This document shows positions 25,010 to 35,703 of a stretch of 64,000 nucleotides of DNA, one piece after another; the stretch's first letter is position 1, and every line of letters starts with the position of its first letter. The notes beneath the pieces are model-generated. The model was given only the letters and a program-made list of their open reading frames with translations, did no database searches and was not told the origin of the DNA. The position numbers and the translations under genes are program-made. The DNA is from an uncultured Verrucomicrobiae bacterium (GTDB taxonomy: Bacteria; Verrucomicrobiota; Verrucomicrobiia; Chthoniobacterales; Chthoniobacteraceae): the NCBI GenBank assembly GCA_963769025.1, contig CAVYKI010000002.1:160001-224000 (forward strand). The letters run 5' to 3'.

Positions 25010-25945
25010 CTAAGGCGCTTCGTTGCGATACGCCTTGTGGCAGGCGGTGCAACTTTGCGTGGCCCGCTTCATCGCGGCGTCGAGTTTGACGCTGTCGGAT
25101 GGCGAAGTGCGGAGGACCTCGCGCAGCGAGGCGACGTCGCGTTCCGAACCGGCAAGCAGCCTGCGATAATCGTCCGGGCGTTTCGCCGGGTCTTCGAGGC
25201 GGGCGAGTTCCCGGAGCAGTTCCCACAACAGCGTGGCGTGATGCGCGGGTGAGTCTTCGGCTTCCGGCGACGGTGTCCTCCACCCAGCGGCCTGCGCGGA
25301 CTTCAGCGCGTCGAAACGCTGGTCGATCGCGACCATCGCGTCCACGAGCGTCGAGGTTTTCGCGGATTCCGGCAGCTCGCCGACGCGCGCGATTTTCTCC
25401 AGCGTCGGCGCGACGAACTCGCGCACTGCGCGGTAGAGGCCGGGGTAGTCGGGCGCGGTTCCGGCCTGCTTCAGCCACGAATCAGCCTGCGCAGGAGACC
25501 AGCCGGCGATGGCTTCGCAGATCACGGCGGCGGCGGCGGGGCCGCGATGTTTTCCGTGGTGGCAGTGGATGAAAATGGTGCCTGCTTCCGGAGCCGCGGC
25601 CTTCACGAGTTCCGGGATGCGACTCGCGGGGATGCCGTCGTAGCCGAACGGCAGATGCACGTAGCGCAGGCCATGTTTTCTCGCCGCGGCGAGGTCCGGC
25701 CTGGCGCCGTCCACGCTGATGATCGTTTTCACTCCCGCATGAGCGAGCGCGGCGAAGGCGGCGTCGCCTGCGGGCTGCGAGCCGGCGAGGATGCGGTTGG
25801 TGACGCGGAATGCGTTGCGGATGCCGGGAAGTTCGATCGGTTGTGGCGTGGCGTGGCCAGCGGCTGCGACGCGGTGAGGCGTGGCGAGCAAGGATGCGAT
25901 CAGTGCGCACATGGCGGCGAGTAGCACCGTGGCGCGCGTGTTCAT
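25010..25945 (-). CDS. Exported fusion of a Cys-based phosphatase/DUF442-like domain and a cytochrome c'-like domain
   Basis: Signal peptide; GSQP...GVKTIISVD...IFIHCHHGKHRG (HCx5R); helical C-terminal domain ending SCTACHKAYR. Confidence 0.82.
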   Translation of the reverse strand: MNTRATVLLAAMCALIASLLATPHRVAAAGHATPQPIELPGIRNAFRVTNRILAGSQPAGDAAFAALAHAGVKTIISVDGARPDLAAARKHGLRYVHLPFGYDGIPASRIPELVKAAAPEAGTIFIHCHHGKHRGPAAAAVICEAIAGWSPAQADSWLKQAGTAPDYPGLYRAVREFVAPTLEKIARVGELPESAKTSTLVDAMVAIDQRFDALKSAQAAGWRTPSPEAEDSPAHHATLLWELLRELARLEDPAKRPDDYRRLLAGSERDVASLREVLRTSPSDSVKLDAAMKRATQSCTACHKAYRNEAP

Positions 25946-26674
25946 CGATCGCTCAGGTTGAAGCGCACGGGAGCGTCGAGCCGCGAGCCGGGGGCTGCAT
26001 CGCGCACGCGGCAACGCCAGCCGGCCTCGATGGCGGCGCGGTCGAGGCGCGGGAAGCCGCTGCTGCGCGCCCACGGTGACGGAAGTCGGCCTCCCATTTG
26101 CATCCACGACGAGGCGCAGCACCACCACGCCCTGCTCGCCTGCGGCGCGCGACTCCGCCGGATAGGATGCGAGCGGCCGGATGACGAACGACGCCTTCGC
26201 ACTGTTTCGCCGCGGACGGCGTTTCCGGACGATGATGCCCGCGGGTGCGCTCGCGCCGGCCGCGGCGTCCCGTCGTGCTGGAGGAGCGTTGCGCCGGGAC
26301 CCGTCGCGGCGGTTGCGGAGCTGACTTCGGCGAAGGGGTTGCGGTGCGCGGAGGCGGAGTGGGTTTGGCGTGGGAAGTTCGGGAAGCATCATCTCCGGCT
26401 CCTTCCTCGGTGGCTCCGGTCGGCGGAGGAAAGCGGCACGGGCTCCGGTGGCATGACGGGCGGCTGCGGGTCGGCGACTGCGGCAGTGGCGCGGAGGGAC
26501 CGGATTCGACGAGCGTCGACTTCCACGCTGTCGCCTTCGATCGCCGATGCGGGACTTTCCGCGCGCGCGACTTTCCATGCGAAAAGCAGCGCGCCATGCA
26601 CTGCGACCGCGAGCGCGGCGCAGAGCCAGAGCGTGGCGGGCGGCGGGCGGGTGCAACTCGCGGGCGGCGATCAT
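25942..26674 (-). CDS. tonB: Energy transducer TonB (frameshifted)
   Basis: N-terminal TM with His, Pro-rich linker, YPAESRAAGEQGVVVLRLVVD, SSGFPRLDRAAIEA...PVRFNL. Confidence 0.85.
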
Positions 26675-27096
26675 CGGCTTACGGCGGGTTTCGGGCGCGT
26701 TTCGAAAGCCACTTTGCCGATGCCCAGCTTCCGTCGTCTCGTCGAGCACGGCGATGGCGAGGCCGAGGCGCGCGTTTTCATCGCCGCGGATGAAGACCCG
26801 CAGGTCCGCGTTTGCTTCGTGCAGCGCGCGCAATTCGGCCACGAGCTGGTTCGAGCGTGCAGTTCGCGCTGGTCGAGATAAAGCTGGCCGGTCTCGGCGA
26901 TGCTCACCGTCACGTGGTCCTGGCGATCCTGCGCGGCGCCGGTGTTCGCGGCGGGGAGGATGAGCGGGATGCCGCGGTTTTTCACCATCGAGAGCGACAC
27001 CATCACGAACGTCGCCAGGAGGAAGAACATGATGTCGATCAGCGGGATGATCTCGATGCGCGCGCGGCTCCTCGGGCGGATGCTCGGAATGTTCAT
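26671..27096 (-). CDS. exbD: Biopolymer transport protein ExbD
   Basis: IEIIPLIDIMFFLLATFVMVS; VFIRGDE in a shifted frame. Confidence 0.9.
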   Translation of the reverse strand: MNIPSIRPRSRARIEIIPLIDIMFFLLATFVMVSLSMVKNRGIPLILPAANTGAAQDRQDHVTVSIAETGQLYLDQRELHARTSSWPNCARCTKQTRTCGSSSAAMKTRASASPSPCSTRRRKLGIGKVAFETRPKPAVSR

Positions 27097-27099
27097 GCG

Positions 27100-27693
27100 C
27101 TATTTTTTCAGGTGAATCTCGGTGTGGCTCGCGGCGTCCTGCATCTCGAGGCGCGCCTCTTCCAGCCGCGCGTTCAGGTAGTTGAAGGGTAGGAGCGCGG
27201 TGATGGCGATGCCGAGGCCGAACGCCGTGGCGATGAGCGCCTCCGCGATGCCGCCGGTGATGGCCGCGGGCGCGCCGAGCTCCGCGCCTCCGAGCATTCC
27301 GAAACTGCGGATCATCCCGATGACCGTGCCGAGCAGGCCGAGCAGCGGCGCTAGCGTGATGGTCGTGTCGAGGATCGTGAGCCCGCGGTTGAAGCGCTTC
27401 AGCTCCCAGTTTGCCGAGCGCAGCATCGCCTCGCTGAACGAGCGATCCCGGTGCGTGAGCGCGTAAGCCAGCGCGCGCGCCACGAAGTCCCGCGACGCGA
27501 TGCCCATGTTTGCCGCGGCGTCGGGATCGCCGCGTTCCACCTGCGTGAGCATTTCGTCCACGTCGGCCGCATTCCGCCGCGCGCGCTCGCGCGCGATGAA
27601 AATGAAACGCTCCAGCACCACCGTGAGCACCACGATGGAGAGGAGGAGCAGCGGCCACATGATGGGGCCGCCCTTGTAAAAGATTTCGATCAC
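27100..27693 (-). CDS. exbB: MotA/TolQ/ExbB proton channel protein
   Basis: GGPIMWPL, APLLGLLGTVIGMI, GGIAEALIATAFGL. Confidence 0.92.
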   Translation of the reverse strand: MIEIFYKGGPIMWPLLLLSIVVLTVVLERFIFIARERARRNAADVDEMLTQVERGDPDAAANMGIASRDFVARALAYALTHRDRSFSEAMLRSANWELKRFNRGLTILDTTITLAPLLGLLGTVIGMIRSFGMLGGAELGAPAAITGGIAEALIATAFGLGIAITALLPFNYLNARLEEARLEMQDAASHTEIHLKK

Positions 27694-28864
27694 TGTTCGG
27701 AGAGTAGTGCGGAAGCCCATTTCGGCGATCCGTCATTTTGCGCCTCGGTCCAGAAAACGCGAAAGCCCGATTCGACAGCCACGACGCGCGGATGCTGTGC
27801 GGATGCCTTTGCCGGGGAGAGGAGGACGGAATCGCGCCAGGTCTTTCCGCCGTCCTTCGAGATCGAGCCACGCACGCACGGGACATCGTTTTCCACGCTG
27901 TCCCAGACGATGGCGATGGCGCCGGACGGTGATGAGGCGGCGGCGGGATTCCGGGCGATGCTGCCGCCGAGCGGCTGCGGTTCGGACCATGTGGCGCCGG
28001 CGTCGCGCGACGTGAGGTGATACACGCCGGCTCGGTTTTCCATGCCGCTCCAGACGGCGGCGTGCAGCGAGCCTTCGGGCCCGATGCACATTCCCGAGCC
28101 GACTTCGGGGCAGCCGTTGAATTGCCAGCCGAAGGCGCCGACGGTCACCGGACTTTTCCACATCCCGCCGGTCAGCGAGGCGGACGCCATGTCGCGCGGC
28201 GATTTGGCGCGGTAGAGCACCCACGCGCCGCCTTGCGGCGACGCGAGCAGGGTGTTCAGGCAGCATTCGCAGGTCTCGGGGGCGATGGTTTGATTTGCGG
28301 ACCACGTCCTCCCATCGTCGGTCGAAGTCGCGCCGCGCAGGCCGCGCTTGCCGGCGCGGTTGTCGAGCCAGACGAGGTGGAAGGCGCCATGGCTGTCGGC
28401 GGCGATGTCGATGAAGTTGTGTCCTTCGGTCGAACGATCGTCCGCCGGGTTTGGCCCGGGCTTCCACGTTTTTCCGCCGTCGCTGGAAAGTGCGGTCGCC
28501 ATCGGTCCGCCGCCCCAGGCATCGGTGCCGGGGCTTTGCCAGACGGCGATCAGCTTTTCGCCGAATGCCGCGATCTGCGCATCGTTGCCCCGGCGCAGGC
28601 CGAAGGCGGGACGGTTGCCTGCATCCACGCGCACCGGTGCGGACCATGTCGCGCCGCCGTCGTCGGAGCGGACGGAATGCAATTCCGCGGTCTTGCTGTG
28701 CGGCTTGTATTCGCCTGAGAGCAGATGGATCGCTTTTCCCGACGTGGAAACATCGAGCGAACGAACGCCCGGCTGCGGTCCGTGGAGCATGCGGCGCGGC
28801 GGTCGCGAAGGACGCAGCCACCGCGATGCAGGGAGCAAGCAGCTGGCGGAGCGAAGCGAATCAT
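27690..28864 (-). CDS. Exported BNR/Asp-box (sialidase-like) beta-propeller protein
   Basis: Repeated S.DGG.TW Asp boxes; TCECC and GCPEVG motifs. Confidence 0.85.
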
Positions 28865-28866
28865 TT

Positions 28867-31009
28867 TCACCATTTGTATTCGATGCCGCCGTAGAAGCTG
28901 CGGCCGTCGCCGGGGAGGAATTGCGCCGAGTTGCTGTTGGTCGCCTGGCTGATGACGCCGGTGGTCGCGGCGTATTTTTCGTCGGTCAGATTCTTCGCCT
29001 CGAAATACACGGAGAAGCCGCGCTTGTTGCGCCAGCCGATTTTCGCGCCGAGCAGCGCGTAGGCGTCGGCGAAGAGCGTGCCGCGGGCATCCACGCGGTA
29101 GCCTTTCGGGACGTACTCGACATTGGGCCCGACGTAGAATCCGCACGGGTGCTCATACATCAGCTCGGCGCGGAGGTAGTGCTCGGGGATGCCCGCGAGC
29201 AGGCCGTTGCCGTAGGTGGGATCGTCGCTGTAACGGAAGTCATTCCACAGGTAGGCGGTGCGGAGGACGATCTTGTCCTCGGCGATCTCCACCGGCGCGG
29301 GGCTCTTGCCGTCTGGTTTGGCTGGGGCGGTGGCGGCACGCGCGAAAAGTCCGCGCACGACGTCCACATCGAGGCCGAACTCGACGCCCTGATGCGTGGT
29401 CCTTCCGGCGTTCACCGTCTGCGTCAGGCCTTGGGAGACTTGGAATTCGAGGAGCTCGTTGTCGAGCCAGCTGTAGTAGTAGGCGAAGTCCCACGCGACG
29501 CGCCCGCGCTTGCCGCGTGTGCCGAACTCCACGGTCGTTCCGGTCTGCGCGTCGAGCTTCACGAGGCCGGCGCCGTTGTTCGCGGCGTTCGTCAGCTCGC
29601 CGAAGGACGGCGGCTCGAAGCTGCGGCTCACATTCGTGAAGAACTGCACGTCCTTTGACGGCTGAAAGAGCAGCCCGGCCTTTGGGCTGAAGCCCCACTA
29701 TTCCTGCAGGTCGCTGTTGTCCACGCCGGTCGGGAAATCGTCGCGGTTCCGGCGGCGCGCGTAGGAGGCCTGGCCGCCGAGCGAGAGGGCGACGACTTCG
29801 TTGAACCAGAACTGATCCTGCGCGTACAGGTCGAGGTTCACGGAGGTCTGATGGTTGTCGGCAAACTTCGCGCCGCGCTGGCCGAGGTTGTTCGCGTAGC
29901 GGTTGTCCTCGATGATTCCCCACGTGGGCGAGAAGCCGATGGTGAACTGGTTTTTGTGGCCCGCGAGGTCGGCCTTGTAGTCGTAGCGGAGGTTGGCGCC
30001 GAAGTCGTTCGAGAGCTGGTCGATGACGAAGAGGATCGGGTGATCGAGATCCTTGTATGCCCAGAAGGTGCTGAGCGTGAGGCGATGGTCGCCTTCCTCC
30101 CAGGTCGTCCTGTTTGCGAGGCGGAAAAGGTCGAAGTCGCGTTTCCAGTTGCTGTCCACGTTGTCGAAGATTTTCGCCGTCGCGTTGCGCTGTGCCAGCC
30201 AGGGCGTGGTCTGGAGCTGGAGCTTCGTGAGGCTGCCGGGGAGCTCGGAGTCGGTCTGTCACGTAGGTGAGGTAGAAGCGCGTCTCGAGGTTCGGGTTGA
30301 GCTTGTAGCCGAAGTTCGCAAAGAACCGCTGGCTGTTCTGCTGGCTGTGCTCGCGAAATCCATCCTGCGAGGAATGCGAGAAGCTCGCGTAGAAATCGAA
30401 CGGCCCCTGCGCCCCCGCGGCGGTGACCTGCGCGCGGTAGCTGTCGTAGCTGCCGTATTCGAAACGCGTGCTGAAAGCGGGTGCGTTGTAGCCGGTCGGC
30501 GAGATGAAATTCACCGCTCCGCCGAGTGTCGTCGATCCGAACTCGAGCGCGTTCGCGCCGCGATAGACTTCGACCGCGGTCGCGGAGAGCGGCTCGACGG
30601 CCTGGAAGTCGAAGCCGCCGTCAGCGAGATTCAGCGGCACGCCGTCCTGGAGCAGCTTCAAGCCGCGCCCGTGGAAGGTGCGTTGGATGCCCGAGCCGCG
30701 GATGGAAATGCGCGCCTCCTCCGCTCCGAACCGTGGCTGGACGAATACGCCCGGAGCGTAGTCGAGCGCGTCCTTGAGCGTAGTCGCGCGGCCCTTTTTG
30801 TACGTCTCGGAGTCGATGACCGCGACGCCGCCCGGAGTGCGCCGGATTTCTTCGCGGAGGACTTCGATGGCGGGAGCCGTGAGGGAATTTTGCTTCGCGT
30901 TCACGACGGTCTCCGGCAGTTGACCGGGAGAGCGGGGCGCAGGATCCGCCGCGTTGGCGGACAGCGCGGCGATGGTGGTAGCCAGGATAAATGCAGGTTT
31001 GGATTTCAT
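28867..31009 (-). CDS. TonB-dependent receptor (frameshifted)
   Basis: Signal peptide; TonB box ETVVNA; plug ISIRGSG...VEVYRGANALEFGSTTLGGAVNF; C-terminal NLTDEKY...GRSFYGGIEYKW. Confidence 0.93.
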
Positions 31010-31314
31010 GCGTGGAAAGAGAATGGGTGGGAGAGTGATTGTGCGTCCGAAAGGTCTTCCAGCGGAGGGCGGCGGAGCCGTCGCGGTCTATGAACATCAC
31101 GACGAGATTGTGTCGTGTGTGGCGCTTCCCAGGCGCTCGTGGCGGACTCGGGCCGCCCTCCGTGGAAAAAACCATGCACACCCGGACATTCAGACGCGGT
31201 GCGTCCGGGCGTGGGCGAAAGTGCGGGCGAATCCTAAGCTGAGACTTCGGTCGTGGATACGACCGTCAACGCCACGCGAATGCGCGGCGGCTCATGGGAG
31301 TGTGTTCGCCCTCG

Positions 31315-31701
31315 CTAGGCGAGGGGCGGGGGAACCGGCGGTGCTTCCGTGCGTCGCAAATCCATCCCGAGAAATTCCTGCCACTCCGCCTCCCCGCAAA
31401 CGGCCCGGTGCGGAAGCACCGCGGCATCACTGATGACGAGCTTGACCTCCTGCATCGCCTTCAGCGCCGGGGCCTCGGTCTGCGATTGTTTTTCTTCTTC
31501 GTGCCCGGCCGTTATCGCGACACAAAGGGCGCATGGATGTTCGCCGTCGAAGGTCGTTGCAACCGCGGCGGCCACGCCTGAGGTCTGCGCACGAGTCACA
31601 AGCATCCCCGTCCACGCCCCCACCTGGAGCACCGCCCAGTGCGCGCCGCTCAGATGGAGCGCGCAGGCGACGAGGATCAGCTTTCGCAACAGGGGTTTCA
31701 C
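31315..31701 (-). CDS. DUF2946-like membrane protein (CxxC plus C-terminal polyproline), candidate regulatory uORF
   Basis: Hydrophobic N-terminus, TFDGEHPCALC, C-terminal EAPPVPPPLA; sits upstream of the TonB-dependent receptor. Confidence 0.7.
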   Translation of the reverse strand: MKPLLRKLILVACALHLSGAHWAVLQVGAWTGMLVTRAQTSGVAAAVATTFDGEHPCALCVAITAGHEEEKQSQTEAPALKAMQEVKLVISDAAVLPHRAVCGEAEWQEFLGMDLRRTEAPPVPPPLA

Positions 31702-31992
31702 GCGCCTCGTTCGGTAGTTCAGCGGGTCGGGGCTGGTCAAGGGTGAAACCTAAAACTCCCTTTCGCGTCCAATGATGCGACTGGGCGCATTTTGCGAATA
31801 CCCTGATGCATCTCAGATGTCGTCCGTCGGTCCCCGAGAGGGGTACCGGCCCGGCCCGGCGGCATTCTCCGGGAGCGAATTTAAGCGTTGAAAACATTTA
31901 TCGGTTGTTTCCTCACCCGGCCCGGATGATGCTATGGAAATTATATAACGCTACTCCAAGTGAAAGCCCGTCTGACACTTGGGGGAAACACC

Positions 31993-32607
31993 ATGAACAG
32001 CATTCTTTCCCTGAAATCGCTCCTGCTAGTCACTTTGGCCGGAATCACTTTGTCGGTTTTTGCGCAAAGTCGGCGTGAAATCGATGGCGAGTGGGAGGCG
32101 TCGAGGACGGTGCTTTGGGAGGCGCAGCGTGCAATGCGGCTTTTCGAGCGAGGGCGCCTCGAGGAGGCGAAGGTGGCATTCTCAAGGGTGCGTCTGGCGT
32201 TCACACGCATTCTCGGGCCGCGCGATCCGGCGACGCTGAACTCGCGGAACAATGTCGCTGCGGTGCTCTACGCAATGGGCGATTACGCCGGAGCGGAGGC
32301 TGCGAACCGTGCGGCGCTCGCGATGTGTGAGCGGTCGCTCGGGCGGTTGCACCCGGATTCGCTGGCTTCGCGGCGCAATCTCGCGGTGACGCTGATGAAT
32401 GAGGGAAAACTGGAGGATGCGCTGGAGCATGCGCGGCGCGTCGAAGCGGGACGCCTGCGGATCTTCGGCGAGAACCACCCGCAATACGAGGATGCCGTGT
32501 TGCTGAAGTCGTCCATCGAGGAAGCGATTCAGGACGGCAAGCGCGATGATGAGACTCCGCGCGGAGGACCGTCCGGTCTTGGGACAAGTTTGATCGGCGT
32601 GTCGTAA
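31993..32607 (+). CDS. Exported tetratricopeptide-repeat protein
   Basis: Signal peptide; LGPRDPATLNSRNNVA and LGRLHPDSLASRRNLA (kinesin-light-chain-type TPR). Confidence 0.8.
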   Translation: MNSILSLKSLLLVTLAGITLSVFAQSRREIDGEWEASRTVLWEAQRAMRLFERGRLEEAKVAFSRVRLAFTRILGPRDPATLNSRNNVAAVLYAMGDYAGAEAANRAALAMCERSLGRLHPDSLASRRNLAVTLMNEGKLEDALEHARRVEAGRLRIFGENHPQYEDAVLLKSSIEEAIQDGKRDDETPRGGPSGLGTSLIGVS

Positions 32608-32696
32608 AATAGCGGAGGTTGCAGCGAACTCGGGAAAGCTGCTTGCGGGGGACCGCAGACGCGGCTAGGGTCGCGGCTCATTTTTCCAAGGCATCC

Positions 32697-34543
32697 ATGA
32701 GCACATCCACGAATCCCGCGACACAAGCCCCTTCGAGCAAGGGCGAACTCGGCCCCACCATGACCGGAGCGGACATCCTGGTCGAGGCGCTGGAGCGCGA
32801 AGGGGTGACGACGATTTTTGCGTATCCCGGCGGCGCGAGCATGGCGATGCACCAGGCGCTCACGCGCTCGAAAAAGATCCGCACGATTCTCCCGCGGCAT
32901 GAGCAGGGCGGCGTGTTTGCGGCGGAAGGATACGCGCGTGCGACGGGCCGCGCGGGCGTGGTGATGGCGACTTCCGGTCCCGGTGCGACGAATCTCGTGA
33001 CGGGCATCGCGGATGCGTTTCTCGACTCGACGCCGCTGGTGGCGATCACCGGGCAGGTGCCGCAGCACATGATCGGCAAGGGCGCGTTTCAGGAGACGGA
33101 TGTGTTCGGCGTGACGGCGCCGATCGTGAAGCACAATTACCTCGTGACGGACATCCGCGATCTCGCCGCGCGTGGTGAAGGAGGCTTTCCACATCGCGCA
33201 GACGGGGCGCCCGGGGCCGGTGCTGATCGACATTCCGAAGAACATCCAGATGGGCACCTCGCAGCCGGTGTGGCCGACGGAGGTGAATCTCCGCGGCTAC
33301 AATCCCGACATCCGCGTGGGCGATGCGGAACTGAACGAACTCATCGGACTCATCTCGGCGGCGAAAAAGCCGATGCTCTACGTGGGCGGCGGAATCATCA
33401 GCGGCGAGGCGCACACGGAACTGCTGGAGTTTGCCGAGCGCACGCAGATCCCCGTGGCGACGACGCTCATGGGCGTGGGCTGCTTTCCGGAGACGCATCC
33501 GCTTTCGCTGAAGTGGCTCGGCATGCACGGCACGGTGTACGCGAACAACGCGGTGAACGAGGCGGACCTGCTGCTCGCGTTCGGCGTGCGTTTCGATGAC
33601 CGCGTGACGGGCAAGCTAGAGGCATTCTGCGCGCACGGCACGATCGTGCATCTCGAAATCGACAACGCCGAGATCAACAAGAACAAGGTGGTGAAGCTGC
33701 CGATGCTCGGCGGCGTGAAGGATGCGCTCACCCGCGCGAATGCGACTGCTCGCGAAGGCAGGCTATGAGCGGAAGAAGCCCGGCGACTACTCGCTCTACG
33801 CGCCGTGGCGCGCGCAGATCATGGAATGGAAGAAGGCGTTTCCTTTTTACTACGAGGACACGGAGGACGCGATCCAGCCGCAGTATGTGATCGAGCAACT
33901 CTACAAGCTGACGAAGGGCGAGGCGATCATCACGACCGGCGTGGGGCAGCACCAGATGTGGGCGGCGCAGTTTTACAATTTCGACAAGCCGCGCACGCTC
34001 ATCAGCAGCCTCGGCCTCGGCTCGATGGGCTACGGATACCCGAGCGCCATCGGCGCGAAAGTGGCGTGCCCGGACAAGGAAGTGATCGACATCGACGGCG
34101 ACGGCTCGTTCGTGATGAACATCCAGGAGCTCGCGTGCGCACGTGTCGAGGGCATCGCCGCAAAAGCGCTCGTGCTGAACAATCTTCACCTCGGCATGGT
34201 GGTGCAATGGGAGGATCGGTTCTTCAAATCGAACCGCGGGCACACGTTCCTCGGGACGTTTTCGGATGAAAAACGCGAGCAGCCGGACATGACGAAGATC
34301 TACCCGGATTTTCAGAAAATCTGCGAGGGCTTCGACATCCCGAGCAAGCGCGTTTCGCACAAGAAGGATCTCGCTGCTGCGATGGAGTGGTTCCTCGCGC
34401 AGAAGACGGCGTGTCTGCTGGAGGTGATGGTGCCGTATTCCGAACACGTGCTGCCGATGATCCCGGCCGGCGCGACGTACAAGGACATCATTTACAAGGA
34501 CAGCGAGCAGCGCCAGACACTGAAGCCCGGCAGCGGGCTGTAA
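32697..34543 (+). CDS. ilvB: Acetolactate synthase large subunit (frameshifted)
   Basis: [55 protein letters not shown]. Confidence 0.95.
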
Positions 34544-34563
34544 CAAATTCCCGCTAGTAAAAC

Positions 34564-34602
34564 CGGCAGCCACCGCTGGCATTTCGCTGGCGGTGGCTGC
34601 CG
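34564..34602. terminator. Hairpin between convergent genes, possibly a bidirectional terminator
   Basis: CGGCAGCCACCGC...GCGGTGGCTGCCG, flanked by AAAA and ATTTT. Confidence 0.6.
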
Positions 34603-34622
34603 CATTTTCGGGCGAAAATGGA

Positions 34623-35110
34623 TTAGGCGTGGGCGCTTTCACCGCGGGCTGCGCCGGCTTTTCCGGCGAGCATCGCGACGGCGATTACCGGCGGCACGAC
34701 CCAGAGGACGAAAGTGAGCGGCAACCAGGCGAGCGTGGGGAGGGCGGAGAAGCCGCCTTTTTTTCCAAACCATGCATCGAGCATCCCGAGCGCCCATGCT
34801 GCCGTGCCGATTCCGGCGGCGGCGAGCAGGCTCGTGCAGAACCCGAATGCAACGACGACAGCTTTCTTGAGCTCACCCCTGTGCACACGGGCCTTGAGGC
34901 GATCGAGTGTCACCCGCTTGAGTGCAAAATAGCCGCGCATCGGAAGTAACTCCAGACAGCACGGGCCACAGGAGCAGCGCGCAGACGACGAATGTGAGCG
35001 GACGCTCGGTGGCTGAGTGAAAACGGAAAATCAGCGTGAGGCAGACGAGCCAGGTGGCGGCGAAATGACCGGAGCAAAACCAGAACATAAGAATGTAGGA
35101 TTGCGGTCAA
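34623..35110 (-). CDS. Hypothetical membrane protein (probably one frameshifted gene)
   Basis: Hydrophobic segments in overlapping ORFs 34873-35088 and 34623-34940. Confidence 0.35.
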
Positions 35111-35197
35111 TCACAGCAACTATGGGGCCAGGGACGCGGCCGGAATCGCGGTGAGAAACGGCCCCCGCTCGGGCCGGAACGATACGGGCCGATCGGG

Positions 35198-35239
35198 GAA
35201 AATGAACGAGCCGACCCCTTTCGAGGTCGGCTCGTTCAT
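35198..35239 (-). terminator. Rho-independent terminator of the small Cys-rich gene
   Basis: 15-bp stem ATGAACGAGCCGACC/GGTCGGCTCGTTCAT followed by a T run on the minus strand. Confidence 0.8.
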
Positions 35240-35268
35240 GTCTTGGAATAACGGGCGAACCGGATCCC

Positions 35269-35442
35269 TTACTTAGGCTTGTTGCACTTCTCGCAGACCT
35301 TGCCGTCGGCTTTCGCCTTCACGCAGCACGGATGTGCGCAGTCCTTGCCGGCGGCCTTGGCCTTGTCGCAGCAGGACTCGGCACTGGCGTTGACGGTAGC
35401 GAGGGCGAAGATACCCGCGAGGAGGAGCTTGGTGATGTTCAT
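35269..35442 (-). CDS. 57-aa secreted Cys/Lys-rich protein (absent from the ORF track)
   Basis: Manual translation MNITKLLLAGIFALATVNASAESCCDKAKAAGKDCAHPCCVKAKADGKVCEKCNKPK*; strong GC3 bias, AxA signal site, own terminator. Confidence 0.85.
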   Translation of the reverse strand: MNITKLLLAGIFALATVNASAESCCDKAKAAGKDCAHPCCVKAKADGKVCEKCNKPK

Positions 35443-35574
35443 AGGACTTCACACGTAACGCCCGGTCATTTTGCGCGCAAGGATTTTTCCAGAAGCAGAA
35501 TTTTTTTCCCAAGGGCAAGGAACGGCTTGCAGTGTGGGGATTTCGACTGCGAAATGGCGGCTTTTTTAAGGGGC

Positions 35575-35592
35575 TTGTGAAATTTTTCACAA
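35575..35592. promoter_or_regulatory. Perfect Rex-type operator that also fits the CRP-family core
   Basis: TTGTGAAATTTTTCACAA = TTGTGAA-N4-TTCACAA = TGTGA-N6-TCACA. It is followed by a candidate TTGCAT-17-CAATAT promoter upstream of actA. Confidence 0.75.
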
Positions 35593-35703
35593 AGTCCTTG
35601 CATCCATTTCGCGTTCTTCCCAATATTGCCGTCCTTCAACTGAAAACGTCTATCAGCCGACTCCCTTTGAAAACCGTCTGCATCCACTTCTGCGACTGAG
35701 GAT

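Noticed and set aside
25010..27886. 958-aa ORF spanning exbB to the cytochrome gene
   Set aside because: It is a chance frame continuity across frameshifted tonB/exbD. Only the last ~311 aa form a separate real gene.
31040..31150. Cobalamin riboswitch before the TonB-dependent receptor (GCCAC..GGGAAG and GAAGACCT on the minus strand)
   Set aside because: The 5' core (GGGAA..GGTG..AA.TCC, GCCCCCGC.ACTGT) is not visible, and the motif-like bases are explained by a long hairpin. An Rfam scan would settle it.
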